DNA of 64,000 bases from Octopus vulgaris (Eukaryota): contig OX597817.1 in assembly GCA_951406725.2 (NCBI GenBank), positions 91,016,001-91,080,000 of the forward strand, given 5' to 3'. Below the pieces are notes generated by a model. It searched no databases. It had not been told where the DNA came from and worked only from the letters and a program-made list of their open reading frames with translations. The translations under genes and the position numbers were made by a program. Of the stretch, positions 15,733-30,020 are shown piece after piece (positions within the stretch are counted from its first letter, which is position 1; every line of letters starts with the position of its first letter).

Positions 15733-16112
15733 CATCATCATTTAACATCCGTTGTCCATGCTAGCATGGGTTGGACAGTTTAACCAGGGCTGGCAAGATG
15801 GAAGGCTGAACCATACTCCAGTCTGATTTGGCATGGTTTCTACAGTTGGATGCCCTTGCTAACACCAACCACTCCATGAGTGCAATGGATTCTTTTACGT
15901 GCCACTGGCATGGGTGCCTTTTGCATGACTCCAGTATCTGCCACGACTGTAATTTTATTTGGCTTGATTGGTCTTCTTCTCAAGTATGGCATAATGCCAA
16001 ATGTCTTGGGCATTCGACATTGCCTTTATGAGGCCCAACACTTGAAAGGTGCTTTTCACATGTCATAGGCATCAGCCATAACTACGATTTCACTTGGTTT
16101 GAAGGGTCTTCT
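15733..16112 (-). mobile_element. RTE 3' end/tail fragment
   Basis: CATCATCATTTAACATCCG...GGATGCCCTTGCTAACACCAACCACTC. Confidence 0.7.
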
Positions 16113-16136
16113 TAATCGATATATATATATATATAT

Positions 16137-16348
16137 TCTTCTTTTACATGTTTCAGTGATTTGACTGCGGCCATGCTGGAGCACTGACTTTAGTCAAGCA
16201 AATCGGCCCCAGGACTTATTCTTTGTAAGTCTAGTACTTATTCTATTGGTCTCTTTTGTCAAACCACTAAGTTACAGAGACACAAACACACCAGCATCGG
16301 TTATCAAGTGATGTTGGGGCGACAAACACCGGCACACAAACATACATT

Positions 16349-16400
<52 letters not shown>

Positions 16401-16565
16401 CATATATACAACGGACTTCTTTCAGTTTCCATCTACCAAGTGCACTCACAAGGCTTTGGTTGGCCTGAGGCTATAATAGAAGACACTTGCCCAAGGTGCC
16501 ATGCAGTGGGACTGAACCCAATGCCATGTGGTTAGTAAGCAAGCTACTTACCACACAGCCACTCA
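16137..16565 (-). mobile_element. Family-A SINE, near full length
   Basis: Homologous to the copy at 21656 from tail to head. Confidence 0.85.
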
Positions 16566-17014
16566 TGGAAGTATGTTCATTTATCGAAGAAATTTAGAAA
16601 TATTCTCAAAAAGGCACAAGATATGCAAAAAAAAAGTCTAAAGAGAAGAATGTTTTTTTTGTAATTTAATCTTTCCAAAACAGTATTTCGATCAAATGAT
16701 TTCAAAATGCATGAACGACAAATGCATAAACTGATGCAGGGAAAATTCCACTCAGTGAACATTTAGATCATCAGCTGAATTTTGAGCCATTCTTATGATA
16801 TCAATACATGCAAAATACTACTGAACAACATATAATTTGAAAAATTTAAACCACATTTAAATCGATAATTATGACACTATTTTCAATTTACAAAAAATCA
16901 ATATTTGGGAAAATAAATGTGTGTCCATCACTTTTGAAAATGTGAAGTGTGTACATATATACATATATCTTCCTCCTCCTCCTCCCCCGCCTCCCCTCCT
17001 CCTCCTCGCCGTCG

Positions 17015-17200
17015 TTGTCGTCATCATTTAATCTTCATTTTCCATGCTAGCATGAGTCGGATGGCTTGATAGGTGCTAGCAAGCCAGAGAGCTACACCAG
17101 ACATCATTTGTTCATTTTGTCAAGATTTCTATGGCTAGATGTCTTTCCTAATGCCAACCATGATGCAGAGTGCAGTGGGTGCTTTTTACATGGCACCTGC
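17015..17200 (-). mobile_element. RTE tail fragment
   Basis: TTTTCCATGCTAGCATG...TTCCTAATGCCAACC. Confidence 0.6.
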
Positions 17201-19092
17201 ATATATAAATGCACACACACACATAAATAATAAATAGATAGATATGTATAAATATTCATATATATAAGTGTGTATGTGTGTGTGTATATATATATATATA
17301 TATGTGTGTGTATATATATGTGTATGTGTGTGTATTAATATATAAAATAGAGATGTGTGTGTACTCACTTTTCATGTGAAAATGGCTTCATCAATTACTT
17401 CCATACTTGTGATGCATGAATAATTTTACCTTGGACATATAATAGGGTCTTCATTTGATTTTTTATTAAAAATAAAAAATATTGCTTTTTATATTACTTT
17501 CATGTCTTTCAAATATTTTAAAATATTTACTTCTGGTTTTCTAGTGTCTGTGACATAATATATCTCTTTATGTGTATCTCTCTATCCATTTCTCTCTATA
17601 TATCTCTATTTCTCGGTAACATATCTCTCTATCTATATCTCTTGTTCTCACTTTCATTTTCCAGACATTATTCTTTTCACTTTCAATTTTCATATGCCAT
17701 TGTTTAATTTCCATGTTATTGTTTTTACTGTAAGTCTAAGTTTTGAATCACTATTTACAAACAAACAATGACTAATTACTAACAGAAAGAAGTTCACAAT
17801 TACTGATGTAAGTAATTTCATAATTTACTGACAGAAGTATCTTCATTAATTTCACTTCAATCTATACGGTTTTGTGTTTTTCTGTTGTTGACAGTTTCTT
17901 TCTGGTTCCTTCGATACTGGTTCTTTGGTTCACTGAATGACAAATTTCCTTCAACCTGTACAATACTTTATTTTCCGTTAAAATTTCTTATTTACTTTCT
18001 GCTCATTGTATAAAGAAACCTAATTTTCGTTACCAAGTTATTTTCATTGTTTACAATCTTCTGCACTCGTGTATTTCTGTATACATATATAACCATGCAT
18101 AGAAGGAAAGTGTCAAATTTATTGGCATAACTACAGATTTCTGCCCCCACCCGCCCAAATTGGATGATCATAATTTTCAGAAAAATGGATATTTTTTCAA
18201 TAAAATTTTTTTAAATATATGTTATATCATGTCCATTTCGATTATTTTACATTTTGGGGGTAAGTGTTTTGGGAGGGGGTGGGGAATTTCTGAAAATTCA
18301 CTGGAGTCTACTTTAATTCATCTTAACTTTCAAGAAAATGGGTATTTTTTAATGAAATTCTCTACAAATATACCTTGGAATATTATTAGATTAGATTCAC
18401 TTCTTTAAAAAGGTTTGTCAATGTCAACTACTGGTATTGACATAAAAACGGTGAATTTTCTCCCTATCTAATTTTAATGTTTTCATTTCAAGTTTTAATT
18501 CACTATTTGTAAACAACTACGATAAATTAGTGAAAGAAATATTTACTAAATTCACAAATTTAAATATTCGGTATAAGATACTTTTCAACGTGCTTTTATT
18601 TATACAAGTTTTTCATTCCCTGTCCATCTCATTCATTGTTTGCAATGTTCTCTCTCTCTCTCTTTCACACACACACACACACACACATGCACACACGCAC
18701 ACACACATGCACACACACACTCATGCCCCCCCCCACACACACACACACATACACACACACACACACACTCCAGGTTTAATTTCTTTATTGCACAAATATC
18801 ATATTAAAATTTTGCAATTCAACATGGGGTGTCCAAAAAATATGGGCATTATTTTGCTGGAACTTGCACACTTCATTAATTTACATAAAAATTTTACAAA
18901 ATTTTCTTTTTCATGCCATGTTCAGCTCTATGTATTTCTAGTCAGTCACACACACACACGTGTTTTTGTATGTACATCTGAATACATTTATGTATGGTGT
19001 GAGTGTCTGTGTGTGAGTGAGTGAAGGGGTGTATTGACATGTATTCATACATACATAAATACATATGCATACATCTTTTTGTATGTATGTGC

Positions 19093-19133
<41 letters not shown>

Positions 19134-19327
19134 AGAGAGTGATGTCTAAGTGGCACTCTCTCTCTCACACACACGCACACATACATACAAGAACGATGTA
19201 TGTCTTATTTATGTATGTGTGTACGTATACATGACAACACATCCCTTCACTTACTCTGTCTGTCATTCTTTCTCTCACACATACACACGTCCATTTCATC
19301 TCATGTTTGATACTGTATGTATATGTA

Positions 19328-19408
<81 letters not shown>

Positions 19409-19429
19409 ATGGCATTCTACAATTGTCAG

Positions 19430-20298
19430 AAAAAATCTGACGAATTTTCTTTCTTGATGCTCTCCTGGTAACACAGGTAAAACATTAATAATATTGCTTC
19501 TCTCCAAAGTTAGGCAACAATAAAAAATTTGCAGTTGCTGTACCATTGTCAGGCTTTGCTGTCACCATTCTCCCAGGAGGACAAACAGCTCATTCTGCTT
19601 TTAAATTACCACTAAACTTGGTCACATATGACAATTTAATTTGTAACATAAGCAAAGATTCAGGCTCAGCAGAAGTGTTGTGCCAATGCCACCTTATCAT
19701 TTGGGATGAATGCACCATGTCACATAGAGGTGCAATGGAAGCTCTTGGTAAGATCTTATAGGATATCAGAGGCAACAATAAATCTATGGGAGGAGTTATA
19801 TTAGTTTTATCAGGAGACTTCAGACAGACATTCTGAGATTAACAAGATCTGATGAAATACAAGCATGCATTAAGTCTGCACACCTATGGAATAAAGTACT
19901 GAAATTCTCCTTCAATACTAACATGTGAGCTTCATTACACGGGGACCAATGTGCAAAACAGTTTTCAACCTGGCTCCACCAATAAGGAAATGAGAAAGTA
20001 CCATTTGATAGGAATGGTGATATCAGTTTTGGTCATGTTGCTATCATGGTGAATTCCCAAGCTGAATTAAAGAGCAGGGTATTGCCAGACTTAAGTAATA
20101 ATTATAATTCATATAAATGGTTGTGTGAAAGAGCAATTCTTACTCCAAACAAACGAAACAGTAGCAAGAATTAACCATGAATTAATGAATAAGATTCTAA
20201 CAGTCATTAAGAAGTACAAATCAGTTGATTCAGTCCTTGACGAAAATCAAGCTGTCTATTACCCAACAGAGTTCCTTAATTCTCTTGAGCCACCTAGA
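19430..20298 (+). mobile_element. Helitron PIF1-family helicase relic
   Basis: GKT Walker A remnant, SGFAVTILPGGQTAHSAFKLP, LIIWDECTM, MGGVILVLSGDFRQT, YPTEFLNSLEPP; contains stops and frameshifts. Confidence 0.88.
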
Positions 20299-21167
20299 AT
20301 GGAAACACCTAAAATCATAGCATCATAATTTTGAAATACCTAAAAAACCATCAAAAGCTTGTTTATTTTTATGTTTTTTTTATTTATTATTAGTGTTGCT
20401 TAATATGTTTTGCTAAAATTGCTGTTTCTTTTCAGATATCATCAGAAAAAGGTAATTAAAATTCATTAAAATTAGAGATCTATCAAGACTTTCAAAGAGG
20501 TCAAATTGTTGGTGCTTGTATGGCAGGCGCTAACATAATGAAAACATCTGAAATGTTTGGTGTATCAAGAAGTACTGTCTCAAAAGTAATAACAGCCTTT
20601 GAGAAAGAGGGAAAAACCTCCTTGTCGAAACAAAACTCCAGAAGAAAACCAAAACTTTCAGATAGGGACCGTCGGACTCATATGCAAATTGTTAGAAAGG
20701 ATCACCAAAAGTACAACTCCCAAAATTACTGCAGAGCTTAATGACCATCTCAAGAACCCAATTTCGACAAAATTATTGCCAGCGGCTGCACAATCCAGAT
20801 ATCATGGGAGGGCTGCAATCAGAAAACCACTACTTTCAAAAACAAATGTTCCAAAGTGAAATAAAAAGCCTACAAAATTGGTCCCTGGAACAATGGAACA
20901 ATGTTGTTTTCCTGGACAAGTCATCCTTTACATTATTTCTGACCACTGGCCATGTATACTGTGGAGACAGCCAAAAGAAGCATTTGACCCAGACTGCCTT
21001 CTTCCAACTGTTAAACATGGAGAAGGATCAGTGATGTTCTGGGGGTGGGGGTGGGGGCTATATCTTGGAAATCTGCTGGCCCAGTGCTTTCCCTTCCTGG
21101 CAGAATTAATAGTCAAGACTATTTAAGCATTTTATCTATCAAATTCAACTGATGGTTGTGGAACTGA
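20299..21167 (+). mobile_element. Tc1-like transposon, 5' part with disrupted transposase
   Basis: DFQRGQIVGACMAG...FGVSRSTVSKVITAFEKEG, GRAAIRKPLL, WNNVVFLDKSSF, PTVKHGEGSVMFWG. Confidence 0.88.
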
Positions 21168-21171
21168 TATG

Positions 21172-21210
<39 letters not shown>

Positions 21211-21536
21211 GTATATATATACATATATATATACATATATATATACATATATATATACATATATATATATACATACATATATATATATACATACATATAT
21301 ATATACATATATATACATATACATACATAACATATATATATACATATATATATATATACACATATATATACACACATATATATGTACATATATATATAAA
21401 TATACAAATATATACCCATGCATATATATATATACATATATATACATATATATATATATATATACATATGTTTATATATACATATAAATATAAAATTATA
21501 CATATACACATATATATATATATGTATATATACATT

Positions 21537-21578
<42 letters not shown>

Positions 21579-21600
21579 ACACACACAACACACACAAACA
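21168..21600. repeat. Long (TA)/(TATACA) microsatellite
   Basis: Direct reading. Confidence 0.95.
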
Positions 21601-21655
21601 AACACAAACATATACAGTGAAATAATATCAGAAAAATTCTTCAGAAAGATATATA

Positions 21656-21820
21656 GGCGCAGGAGTGGCTGTGTGGTAAGTAGCTTGCTAACCAGCCACA
21701 TGGTTCCGGGTTCAGTCCCACTGCGTGGCATCTTGGGCAAGTGTCTTCTGCTATAGACCCGGGCCGACCAATGCCTTGTGAGTAGATTTGGTAGACGGAA
21801 ACTGAAAGAAGCCTGTCGTA

Positions 21821-21873
<53 letters not shown>

Positions 21874-22090
21874 TTGTGTGTCTGTGTTTGTCCCCCTAGC
21901 ATTGCTTGACAACCGATGCTGGTGTGTTTACGTCCCCGTCACTTAGCGGTTCGGCAAAAGAGACCGATAGAATAAGCACTGGGCTTACAAAGAATAAGTC
22001 CCAGGGTCGATTTGCTCGACTAAAGGCAGTGCTCCAGCATGGTAGCAGTCAAAATGACTGAAACAAGTAAAAGAGTAAAGAGTAAAGAGT
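21656..22090 (+). mobile_element. Family-A tRNA-derived SINE, intact reference copy
   Basis: A box TGGCTGTGTGG, B box GGTTCAGTCCC, internal (TA)n(TG)n, 3' hairpin CAGTCA-AAA-TGACTG and (AAAGAGT)n tail. Confidence 0.9.
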
Positions 22091-22160
22091 ATACATCTGT
22101 AGAATAATTATTGTATTAAAAATATATGTAAATATGTATAAGCATAAATATATAATAATG

Positions 22161-22194
<34 letters not shown>

Positions 22195-22484
22195 TGACAG
22201 TTTTAAAATTTAATAGTTTAAAATTAAGTTTTTAAAGCTTCTTGTGGTAGTTTCACAACAGTATTGTCTTTATAATGGAATCCTATATTGATAAACATTT
22301 ATAGACAATACTTCTGCTCCTCAAAGATGTAAAATGTGAAGTTTTTATAATTTATCGAATAGTAGTTTTTTTTTTTTAAATATGAAGTTATATGGGAAAA
22401 TGGTGTTTGTATGAAATGTAAAAATGGGCACTTACTGTTAATTCAGTATATAATATTCTTATAGAACATATTTAACTAAAGATT

Positions 22485-22560
<76 letters not shown>

Positions 22561-22653
22561 CACATATATATATACATATATATGTATATACATTTATATA
22601 TACATATATACATGCATATACACACGCACATACACACACACACTTACATATAC

Positions 22654-22870
22654 ATCATCATCATCAACATCATTTAATGTCTGTTTTCCATGCTGACATG
22701 GGTTGGTGGGTTTGACTGGTGATTGGCAAGCCAGGAGGCTGCACCAGGCTCCAATCAGGTCCGGCAATGTTTCTACAGCTGGAGTGTATTGGGTGCATTT
22801 TATGTACCACCACCATGGGAGCCAGTCAGGTGGTACTGGCTTTGACCACGTTCGGATGGTGCTTTTAACG
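22654..22870 (-). mobile_element. RTE tail fragment
   Basis: (CAT)n then TTTAATGTCTGTTTTCCATGCTGACATGGG. Confidence 0.7.
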
Positions 22871-22874
22871 TTAG

Positions 22875-24376
22875 AAGGTTAATGCTGTGTGTTTCATACA
22901 ATTTCATGGACCAAAATTACTAAATGGATCCTTATGATATTTGGAATTTACATTCAATGCATATGGGCGGGTATAATGTAATATGTTTGGTTTGAATTTT
23001 AGATAGCTTAGAGGGGGCAGAACCCTTTCGTTGAGGAAATTTCAAACATGGGTAATTGACATACATCAAGAAGTATTCTCAAAGTTTCCACTTCGCATGA
23101 GGATTCAAAGAACCCCTAATGGAGGCCTTAGCTCCCAAATTTTAGTAATTTTTTTTATGATCTAAAACTAGGTCAAAACTACTGAATGGATCTTTATGAA
23201 ATTTGGAAATTATATTCTATGCATAAGGGCCATAACCCCCAGGAAAATTCATATAATTTTGCTGTTGATGAAATTTTAACTATAGATATTAGACACAAAT
23301 GAAGTAATATTTTAAAAATTTCATCTTCTTAGAAGTTACAAAGACCCCTTCATGGGGACTTCACACCCACAATTTTGTCATTTTATCTAAGCAAAGATGA
23401 ATACAGTTGTATTCTTGGAAGCTGTAGGGTCACCCAAACATAAAAGATGAGTATTATTTGTAATTCAATGGTACGACAGTGTAACAGCTTGCTTTCAGAT
23501 ATACTTAGATTGTGATTTCTGCAATGTGGTGCATTAATTGTCAAATAAATGAGAGGCATCTTTGCCTCCACTGATTCAGTTGCAAAGTGTTTGTAAAGTT
23601 ATTTGGTTGCAGACCTCCTCTGAGTCTTTTTATTATCAATGGCTCACACATATTCCCTCGATGGTAACATTGATTTCAAGGCCTTCCCAGATGAGTGACT
23701 GGTTATTGAAAGACATTCATAAATTGTAAATTTATTCTGTCCAGTTACCTATCAGTATAGTGGTCATTTACAAACTCCAGAAGTGACACTTTCATTTCTC
23801 CTTAGCCCTCACATCACACAGTTGATAATGTTTATTTCAGTTGGGTCATGCCCTTCCAATTGCTATTGATCCATAATGCATCTTATGGCTGTGCCTGTGA
23901 CCTGTATGGTGAGAAATCCGACATTGGGAGTGGTAACGACTAGGGTAGGGTAGCTGACTGCTTATTGTGATCATTCGTCTTTTCGTTTCCTGTAGCTTTG
24001 CTCTCTTTTACAAACCCAGTGAACATAACCAAGTTAAAAAGATGCTCAACAATTCAACTTCTCTGGTTGACATTAAGACACCCACCCCTAATAGGGGCCT
24101 TAACTCTCACATTTTAGAGCTCAATGACCTCTATTTTTCTGCAGCAAAATCCTTTTAACAGGTTCTGTATAACTGCAATTTTGGAATCTGTGCATAAACA
24201 TCAGTAGTGTGGGATACATATGTCATGATTAGAATTTTTTTAGGATGTATAAAGAGGGAATGAACCCTCATCTGCAATTTTGATTAAATTCGAATCCAGT
24301 TCATTAGAGAAAATATAACAGAAAAGTCTAATTCTTCAATTGCATGTAACATGGGCAACACCGGGTATCCCTGTTA

Positions 24377-24377
<1 letters not shown>
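22875..24377 (+). mobile_element. Degraded non-autonomous Helitron with an internal ~260-bp direct duplication
   Basis: 3' end CATGGGCAACACCGGG...TTAG|T resembles the hairpin plus CTAG of the element at 34394; 22912-22970 is similar to 23174-23232; 5' boundary uncertain. Confidence 0.5.
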
Positions 24378-24431
<54 letters not shown>

Positions 24432-24487
24432 TAATAATAATAATGATAAGGATAAGGATAATAATGATAATGATAATAATAATAATA

Positions 24488-24555
<68 letters not shown>
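24378..24555. repeat. (AAT)n microsatellite
   Basis: Direct reading. Confidence 0.95.
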
Positions 24556-24556
<1 letters not shown>

Positions 24557-25540
24557 CAAAGCAAGTGAATATTGGATTGAAAATATTTATTTCCAGCTTG
24601 AATGATGGAACAGTTTAAGACATTTTGGTACAAAATATGACAAATCCTAAAGTTTACACTGAATAATTTAAAGAATATCCTTTCTTGTCATTTGGAATTC
24701 TAAAGAAGGAAGTGAAATTAAAACTCTTCTTCAAGGAATTTTCACTTTGTTATTAATCATTCAGTTGCTTCCTGCAAGAATTGTAGTTTCCACTGATTTT
24801 TATATATAACACTGATTTTTATATATAAAGGAAAGAAATGAAGGAACCTCTTTGTAGTGATCTGTCCAGAAAGAAATAACAGCCAAATTTTCCTTAAATC
24901 AGACCCTTTAGATCTTAACCTTTTTCAGTTCACAGAACACCGAAGATCAAAGAGACTTCAAGGAAGCTGTTTTTTATCATAGTTTTCTATAAATTTTCTT
25001 AACCACTGAGCAACTTTTGATGAGTTTGTCCGTAATATTTTAAATTCATACTAGAGCATAGCATTAAAACTTCTAATGCAGTTTATTAAGTATACATTAA
25101 TAAATTAAAATGGGGAAAACATTTTGATGTGCATAGCACCAATATAGCAACTGGAATATACATCCATGCTTTTAATATTAAAAATTTAGAAAAATATATA
25201 GAAAGCTTATCTTATTTTATTAACTGCACTTGTCATAATCACCAGCATCGGTTTTAGGCCTGCTAAAAGGAGACTTCTTGAAGAAGTATTCTGTAGCTAG
25301 ATATCCATTTTGATGCCAAACTTTATTGGCTCTCAAGTAAGGTACTTTATTCCATCATGCACATTTATTTTTTGCATATTTTCCTTTACAAGCCAACTGA
25401 CCATTATGTATTTTTTCCTCTAGTTGTAGAGAGATTGTGCCTTCAGCTATTTCAATCTGATGAGTCAGCTATACTGCTAAACGCTTTATAAGTGTGAAGC
25501 CAATGGTCACTTTATGACCAGCCATAATTTTTGACTTCCT

Positions 25541-25580
<40 letters not shown>

Positions 25581-25944
25581 TTATCATAGGTTTAATTTCC
25601 ACTTTTCCTTGCTTGTGTAGGTCAAATGTAATTCTCTGAAGCAGATTTTCTTCAGCCAGAAGCTCTTACTGCTTGCCAACATTAACTGGTTTCCAAGCAA
25701 TGTATTATTTTACTGTAATTTGCATACTAAACTGGAAACGAACAACACCACTTGTAAGATTGTGACACTCATTTGCAACTGTCATGTGATGTGTAGACAA
25801 GGACACAAACACAACATACTCCTCACCAAACACACACACACACACGCGCACACACACAATGAATGATATGACTGCAGTACCCTAATGGATCCTGTTTTGT
25901 AAGTGGAGGATACAGATTTCATTATGAAAACGAGGAGAGAAGAA

Positions 25945-26275
25945 TACTACTGAGACCCCCTTCGGTCATGACTAACCATGGGATTGCATCTAGAAAGTTA
26001 CCCTCCTAGGCACAAGTCTGGGCAAGGTTGTTTATGGAAGACCAGCAGTCGCCCATGCATACTGACCTTCCGTCTCCATGCCATCAGTGTTATCCAAGGG
26101 AAAGACAAAGGCCGATACAGCTTGGCACCTGTGACTCATTTCTACAGCTGAGTGAACTGAAGCAACATGAAATAAAGTGTCTTGCTCAAGAACACAACAA
26201 GCAGCCTGGTCTGGGATTTGGACACACGACCTGATGATCGTAAGCTCGATGCTCAAACCACTGAACTATGCACCT
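25945..26275 (-). mobile_element. Second tRNA-derived SINE family (CORE-like)
   Basis: Minus strand begins AGGTGCATAGTTCAGTGG (A box), followed by TGTGTTCTTGAGCAAGACACTT...CAGTTCACTCAGCTGTAGAAATGAG resembling a CORE domain. Confidence 0.6.
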
Positions 26276-26299
26276 TCACAAAACTATTGGGTTTTTTTT

Positions 26300-26633
26300 A
26301 ATGCAAAGGATTTAATGATCTGCAACACTAACTTCAATATACCAGCCTGTCACCCAATCCGTTATCACTCTTGTGTGTAAAGAAGCCAGATTGACTACAT
26401 TCTCACTCAATATTTCTAGTGAGAAGGAATAGGTAGAGACAGATGGCTGTAAATGCAAAATTCTATCCTGGTGAAGACTGTACAACCCAACATCAGTTAG
26501 TGGCTGGTGACTTCAGAGTTAGAGTTACAAAAACTCAGTGACACAAATCAGTACAATAAAAAGAGATATGGAAGCTTAAATCTCCATTGGGCAGTTAGAG
26601 TTTTAGAAAAGTTCTTGTGGAAGCATTTGATGA

Positions 26634-26667
<34 letters not shown>

Positions 26668-27060
26668 GGTGGTGACGCCGACGCTGACAAAGGAGGAGGA
26701 GATAGATGTATAACACAGAGAACAACTGCAAGTTCCTGCAGGACAACCTACAGAGGGCTACATACTAAATCTGGTTAGTATAAAAGTTCAGCCAGATTGA
26801 GGGTGATGCAATGATGGAAGAATGTAGTAGACAAGTCTATACAAATGAAAGGAAATGGCTTGGAAAGACGCCCTTGTAACAATTAACTATAATGCTGCTA
26901 CACTAGTTATTGGCTACGGCACTTTCCTGTATAATCTGATAGACAGTATGAATAACGGTGCCATAACCTATGCCATCAGGTGTAGTGCTCCAGCTTACCT
27001 GCTCTGGTCAAAGCATCCAATCCATGCCAGCATAGAAAATGGATGTTAAATGATGATGAT
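26300..27060 (+). mobile_element. Very old RTE fragment
   Basis: DLMICNTNF...SQIDYIL...PGEDCTTQHQLVAGDFR...IWKLK; tail CATAGAAAATGGATGTTAAATGATGATGAT. Confidence 0.65.
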
Positions 27061-27415
27061 AATTAATGTAACTCCCATTTTACATTGATCACTCAGCACT
27101 TCTTCTGTTACCAAATTATCTCTTCCTCTCCTTCTCCACTGATCCACTTCCTGTTGACTTGGCCACACCACTATTACATCTCTCACTCTCTCCATACACT
27201 ACACTTATCTCTCCACTTAACTCACACATCCACACATCATTTCCCTTTCATTCATCCTTCTCTTGTTTGCTGTATTATTGCTATTTTGCTGCTCTTCACT
27301 CCTCATCTACTGCCAGTCAGCACCTTTTCTCCTCAAGCTCTTCAACCGACTCTTATGCACCATTGGTGACACACCCATCATTCACAGCATTTATCTATGA
27401 ACCCTCATTATCATC

Positions 27416-27453
<38 letters not shown>

Positions 27454-27569
27454 TCTTCTCTGCTTTCCACCCAACTTGTATTTATCATCAACCCCTCCAC
27501 CTCAATTTTTGTTTATTACTCAGTATATTCATACCTCCACCCAATTGCTAACCAACTCTTACTCAGTCT

Positions 27570-28055
27570 ATAGACTCCCTACCCCTTCTTCCTGCCTCAG
27601 CCTTCAGAGCCCAACCTGACACTTTGTCACTACAATTTTTATCTCTCCAGCTCCACATTGATTACTCACATACACATAATGTTAGCAGCCATGTATCTCC
27701 TCTGCAGCAAGAAACCTGTTCAAGCCCCTTACTGTAACAGTTCATCACTTAGTTTAAGCTTCCTCTCTTTCTACTGCAGCCCATCTCAGTTGAAAAGGAC
27801 CTTAGTTTTTCAAACTGAATGATAACTTCATTAGTGCTGGTGCCAAGAAAAAGAGCATCTAATACATTCTGTAAAGTAATTAATGTTAAGATGGGCTTCC
27901 ATCCATAGAAACCATACCAAAGCAGATATTGGAGCATGACATAGTCTTCCAATCCAACAGATTCTATTAAACCATCCAACTCATGGCAGTATGGAAGATA
28001 AGCATTAAAAGATAATGATGATTAAGGATGATGATGATGATGATGACGACGACGA
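27570..28055 (+). mobile_element. RTE-tailed element, same family as 1-355
   Basis: Shared GCCATGTATCTCCTCTGCAGCAAGAAACCTG-like segment and RTE tail. Confidence 0.55.
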
Positions 28056-28417
28056 TGGACATCTTTTAGTTTCCATCTATTAAATCCCTTAAGAAAGTGT
28101 TGGCTACTCTGGGCATTATTTGAAGATAGTTGCCAAAGAGACCACACAGTGATACTGAACTTGAAACTTGAAAAGCTAAACTTTTTAATTGCACAGCCAT
28201 GCTATTTATAGCCTCAAACTAAGTCTATACTAGAAAACACTAGCCTAAGTGCCATCGAGTGAAATTGAACTTGAAATAACATGGTTGCAAGCAAACTTCT
28301 TAACCATACAGACATGTCTGCACCTTTCGTATATTTGTGAACAACAAACTTTGCAGTAATACATTTTTCAAGATGCTTAAGTAATAGTTTAGAATTTCTA
28401 AATACTTCAATTATGCC

Positions 28418-28805
28418 TTTTATTTGTTTCAGTCATTAGACTGTGGCCATGCTGGGGCACCACCTTGAAGAACTTTTAATCAAATCAACACCAGTTATTG
28501 ATTAGTTATTCAAGCCTGTTACTTATATCTTCTGCCGAACCACTAAATTATGGGGATATAAACATACCAACACCGGTTGTCAGTCAGTGGTGGTGGTGGT
28601 GGGGTAAACGCAGACACAAAGACAAACACACACTCATATTATATGCATTACAAGCCACTTTCAATTTCTGACTACCAAATCCAGTCACAAAGCTTTGGTT
28701 GGCCTGAGGCTATAGTTGAGAACACTTGCCCAAGATGCCATACAGTAGAACTGAAGCTGGAATCATGTGGTTGGGAAGCAAGCTTCTTATCATACAGGCA
28801 CACTT
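28418..28805 (-). mobile_element. Family-A SINE, degraded
   Basis: Homologous to the copy at 21656. Confidence 0.75.
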
Positions 28806-29642
28806 ATGGCTATATTTTAAAAAATTTCTTGCACCTCTAGACACCCCTTGTGGTGCATTAGCACCAGTGTACTGTAGTGCAGCATATGAGAACCACTGCC
28901 CTAGTTTGTTGAATATATTGGATAATTGGATAATGTAATCTGAGATAAACTATATCTCAATTAAAGATGAGATGGTGATGACAAGAATTTATTCACTGAA
29001 AGTTTGCTCATCTTGTCTCTACTATTCTTATACATCTTCAAGAATTTCATTATCAGGGCCATCTGCCTCATGTGTACAGTTTGGCAAGAATGTACAATGT
29101 CTTCCGATTGTATATGCCTGATTACACCCCTAAAGTGATTCTAGTCGATAATAGATTTTAATAAATACATTAAATTTCTATCACATTGGGTAATTTAACA
29201 AATAACAAAAATAAAACGTTTCTTCATCAAAAGTCTGTAAATCTTGTCTCTTACTATCCTTGTATATCTTCCGATTGTATTCATCTGATTAAATCCCTAA
29301 ACCAATTTTAGCTGATTATGTGTGTATATGTGTGTGTGTGTTAGTGTATCTATGTACATATATGCATGTATATATGTACGCACACACACACACATATATA
29401 TATATGCATATGTGTGTGTGTGTGTGGACACATACACACATATATATATAGTAAATCCATATATATATGCATATGCATACCTACACATACATATGTGCAC
29501 AGTGCACACACATGCACACATGCACAGAGACACACACACATACATATATATACATGTGTGTGTGTGTGTGTATCTTTCTCATTTTCCCTCTCTTTATAAT
29601 ATAATACATATATGTATTATATTATGTTCTCCCCCTCCTCCT

Positions 29643-30020
29643 CATCATCATCATCATCATCGTCATCGTCATTATCATCTTTTAAACATCTGACTTCCAT
29701 CCTGGTATTGGTTGAATGGGTTGGAGGATTGCACCATATTCCAGTATTTGCTTTGGCATAGTTTCTATAACTGGACATCCTTACTCATGCCAACCACTTT
29801 ATAGAGTGTTGTGGATGCTTTCTTTTTATTTATTTAATTGTTTTTTGCAGCACCAGCACTAGTGAGGTTGTCATGTATCTTGCAAGACTAAGATGCTCTT
29901 CGAATGAATGAAGCTACAGTAAAGAGAGAGGCAGCTTTATATTAGGTGATGCAAAGTTAGTGTATGAAGGAAGCAGCTAGAACAAGTGCCTTACTGTAGA
30001 GAAGATATGTGGTTACTGTT
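29643..30020 (-). mobile_element. RTE-tailed element, degraded
   Basis: (CAT)n tail, GGACATCCTTACTCATGCCAACC. Confidence 0.55.

Noticed and set aside
21656-21730. tRNA-like A and B boxes
   Set aside because: This is a SINE head continuous with the SINE body; no complete cloverleaf, so not called a tRNA gene.
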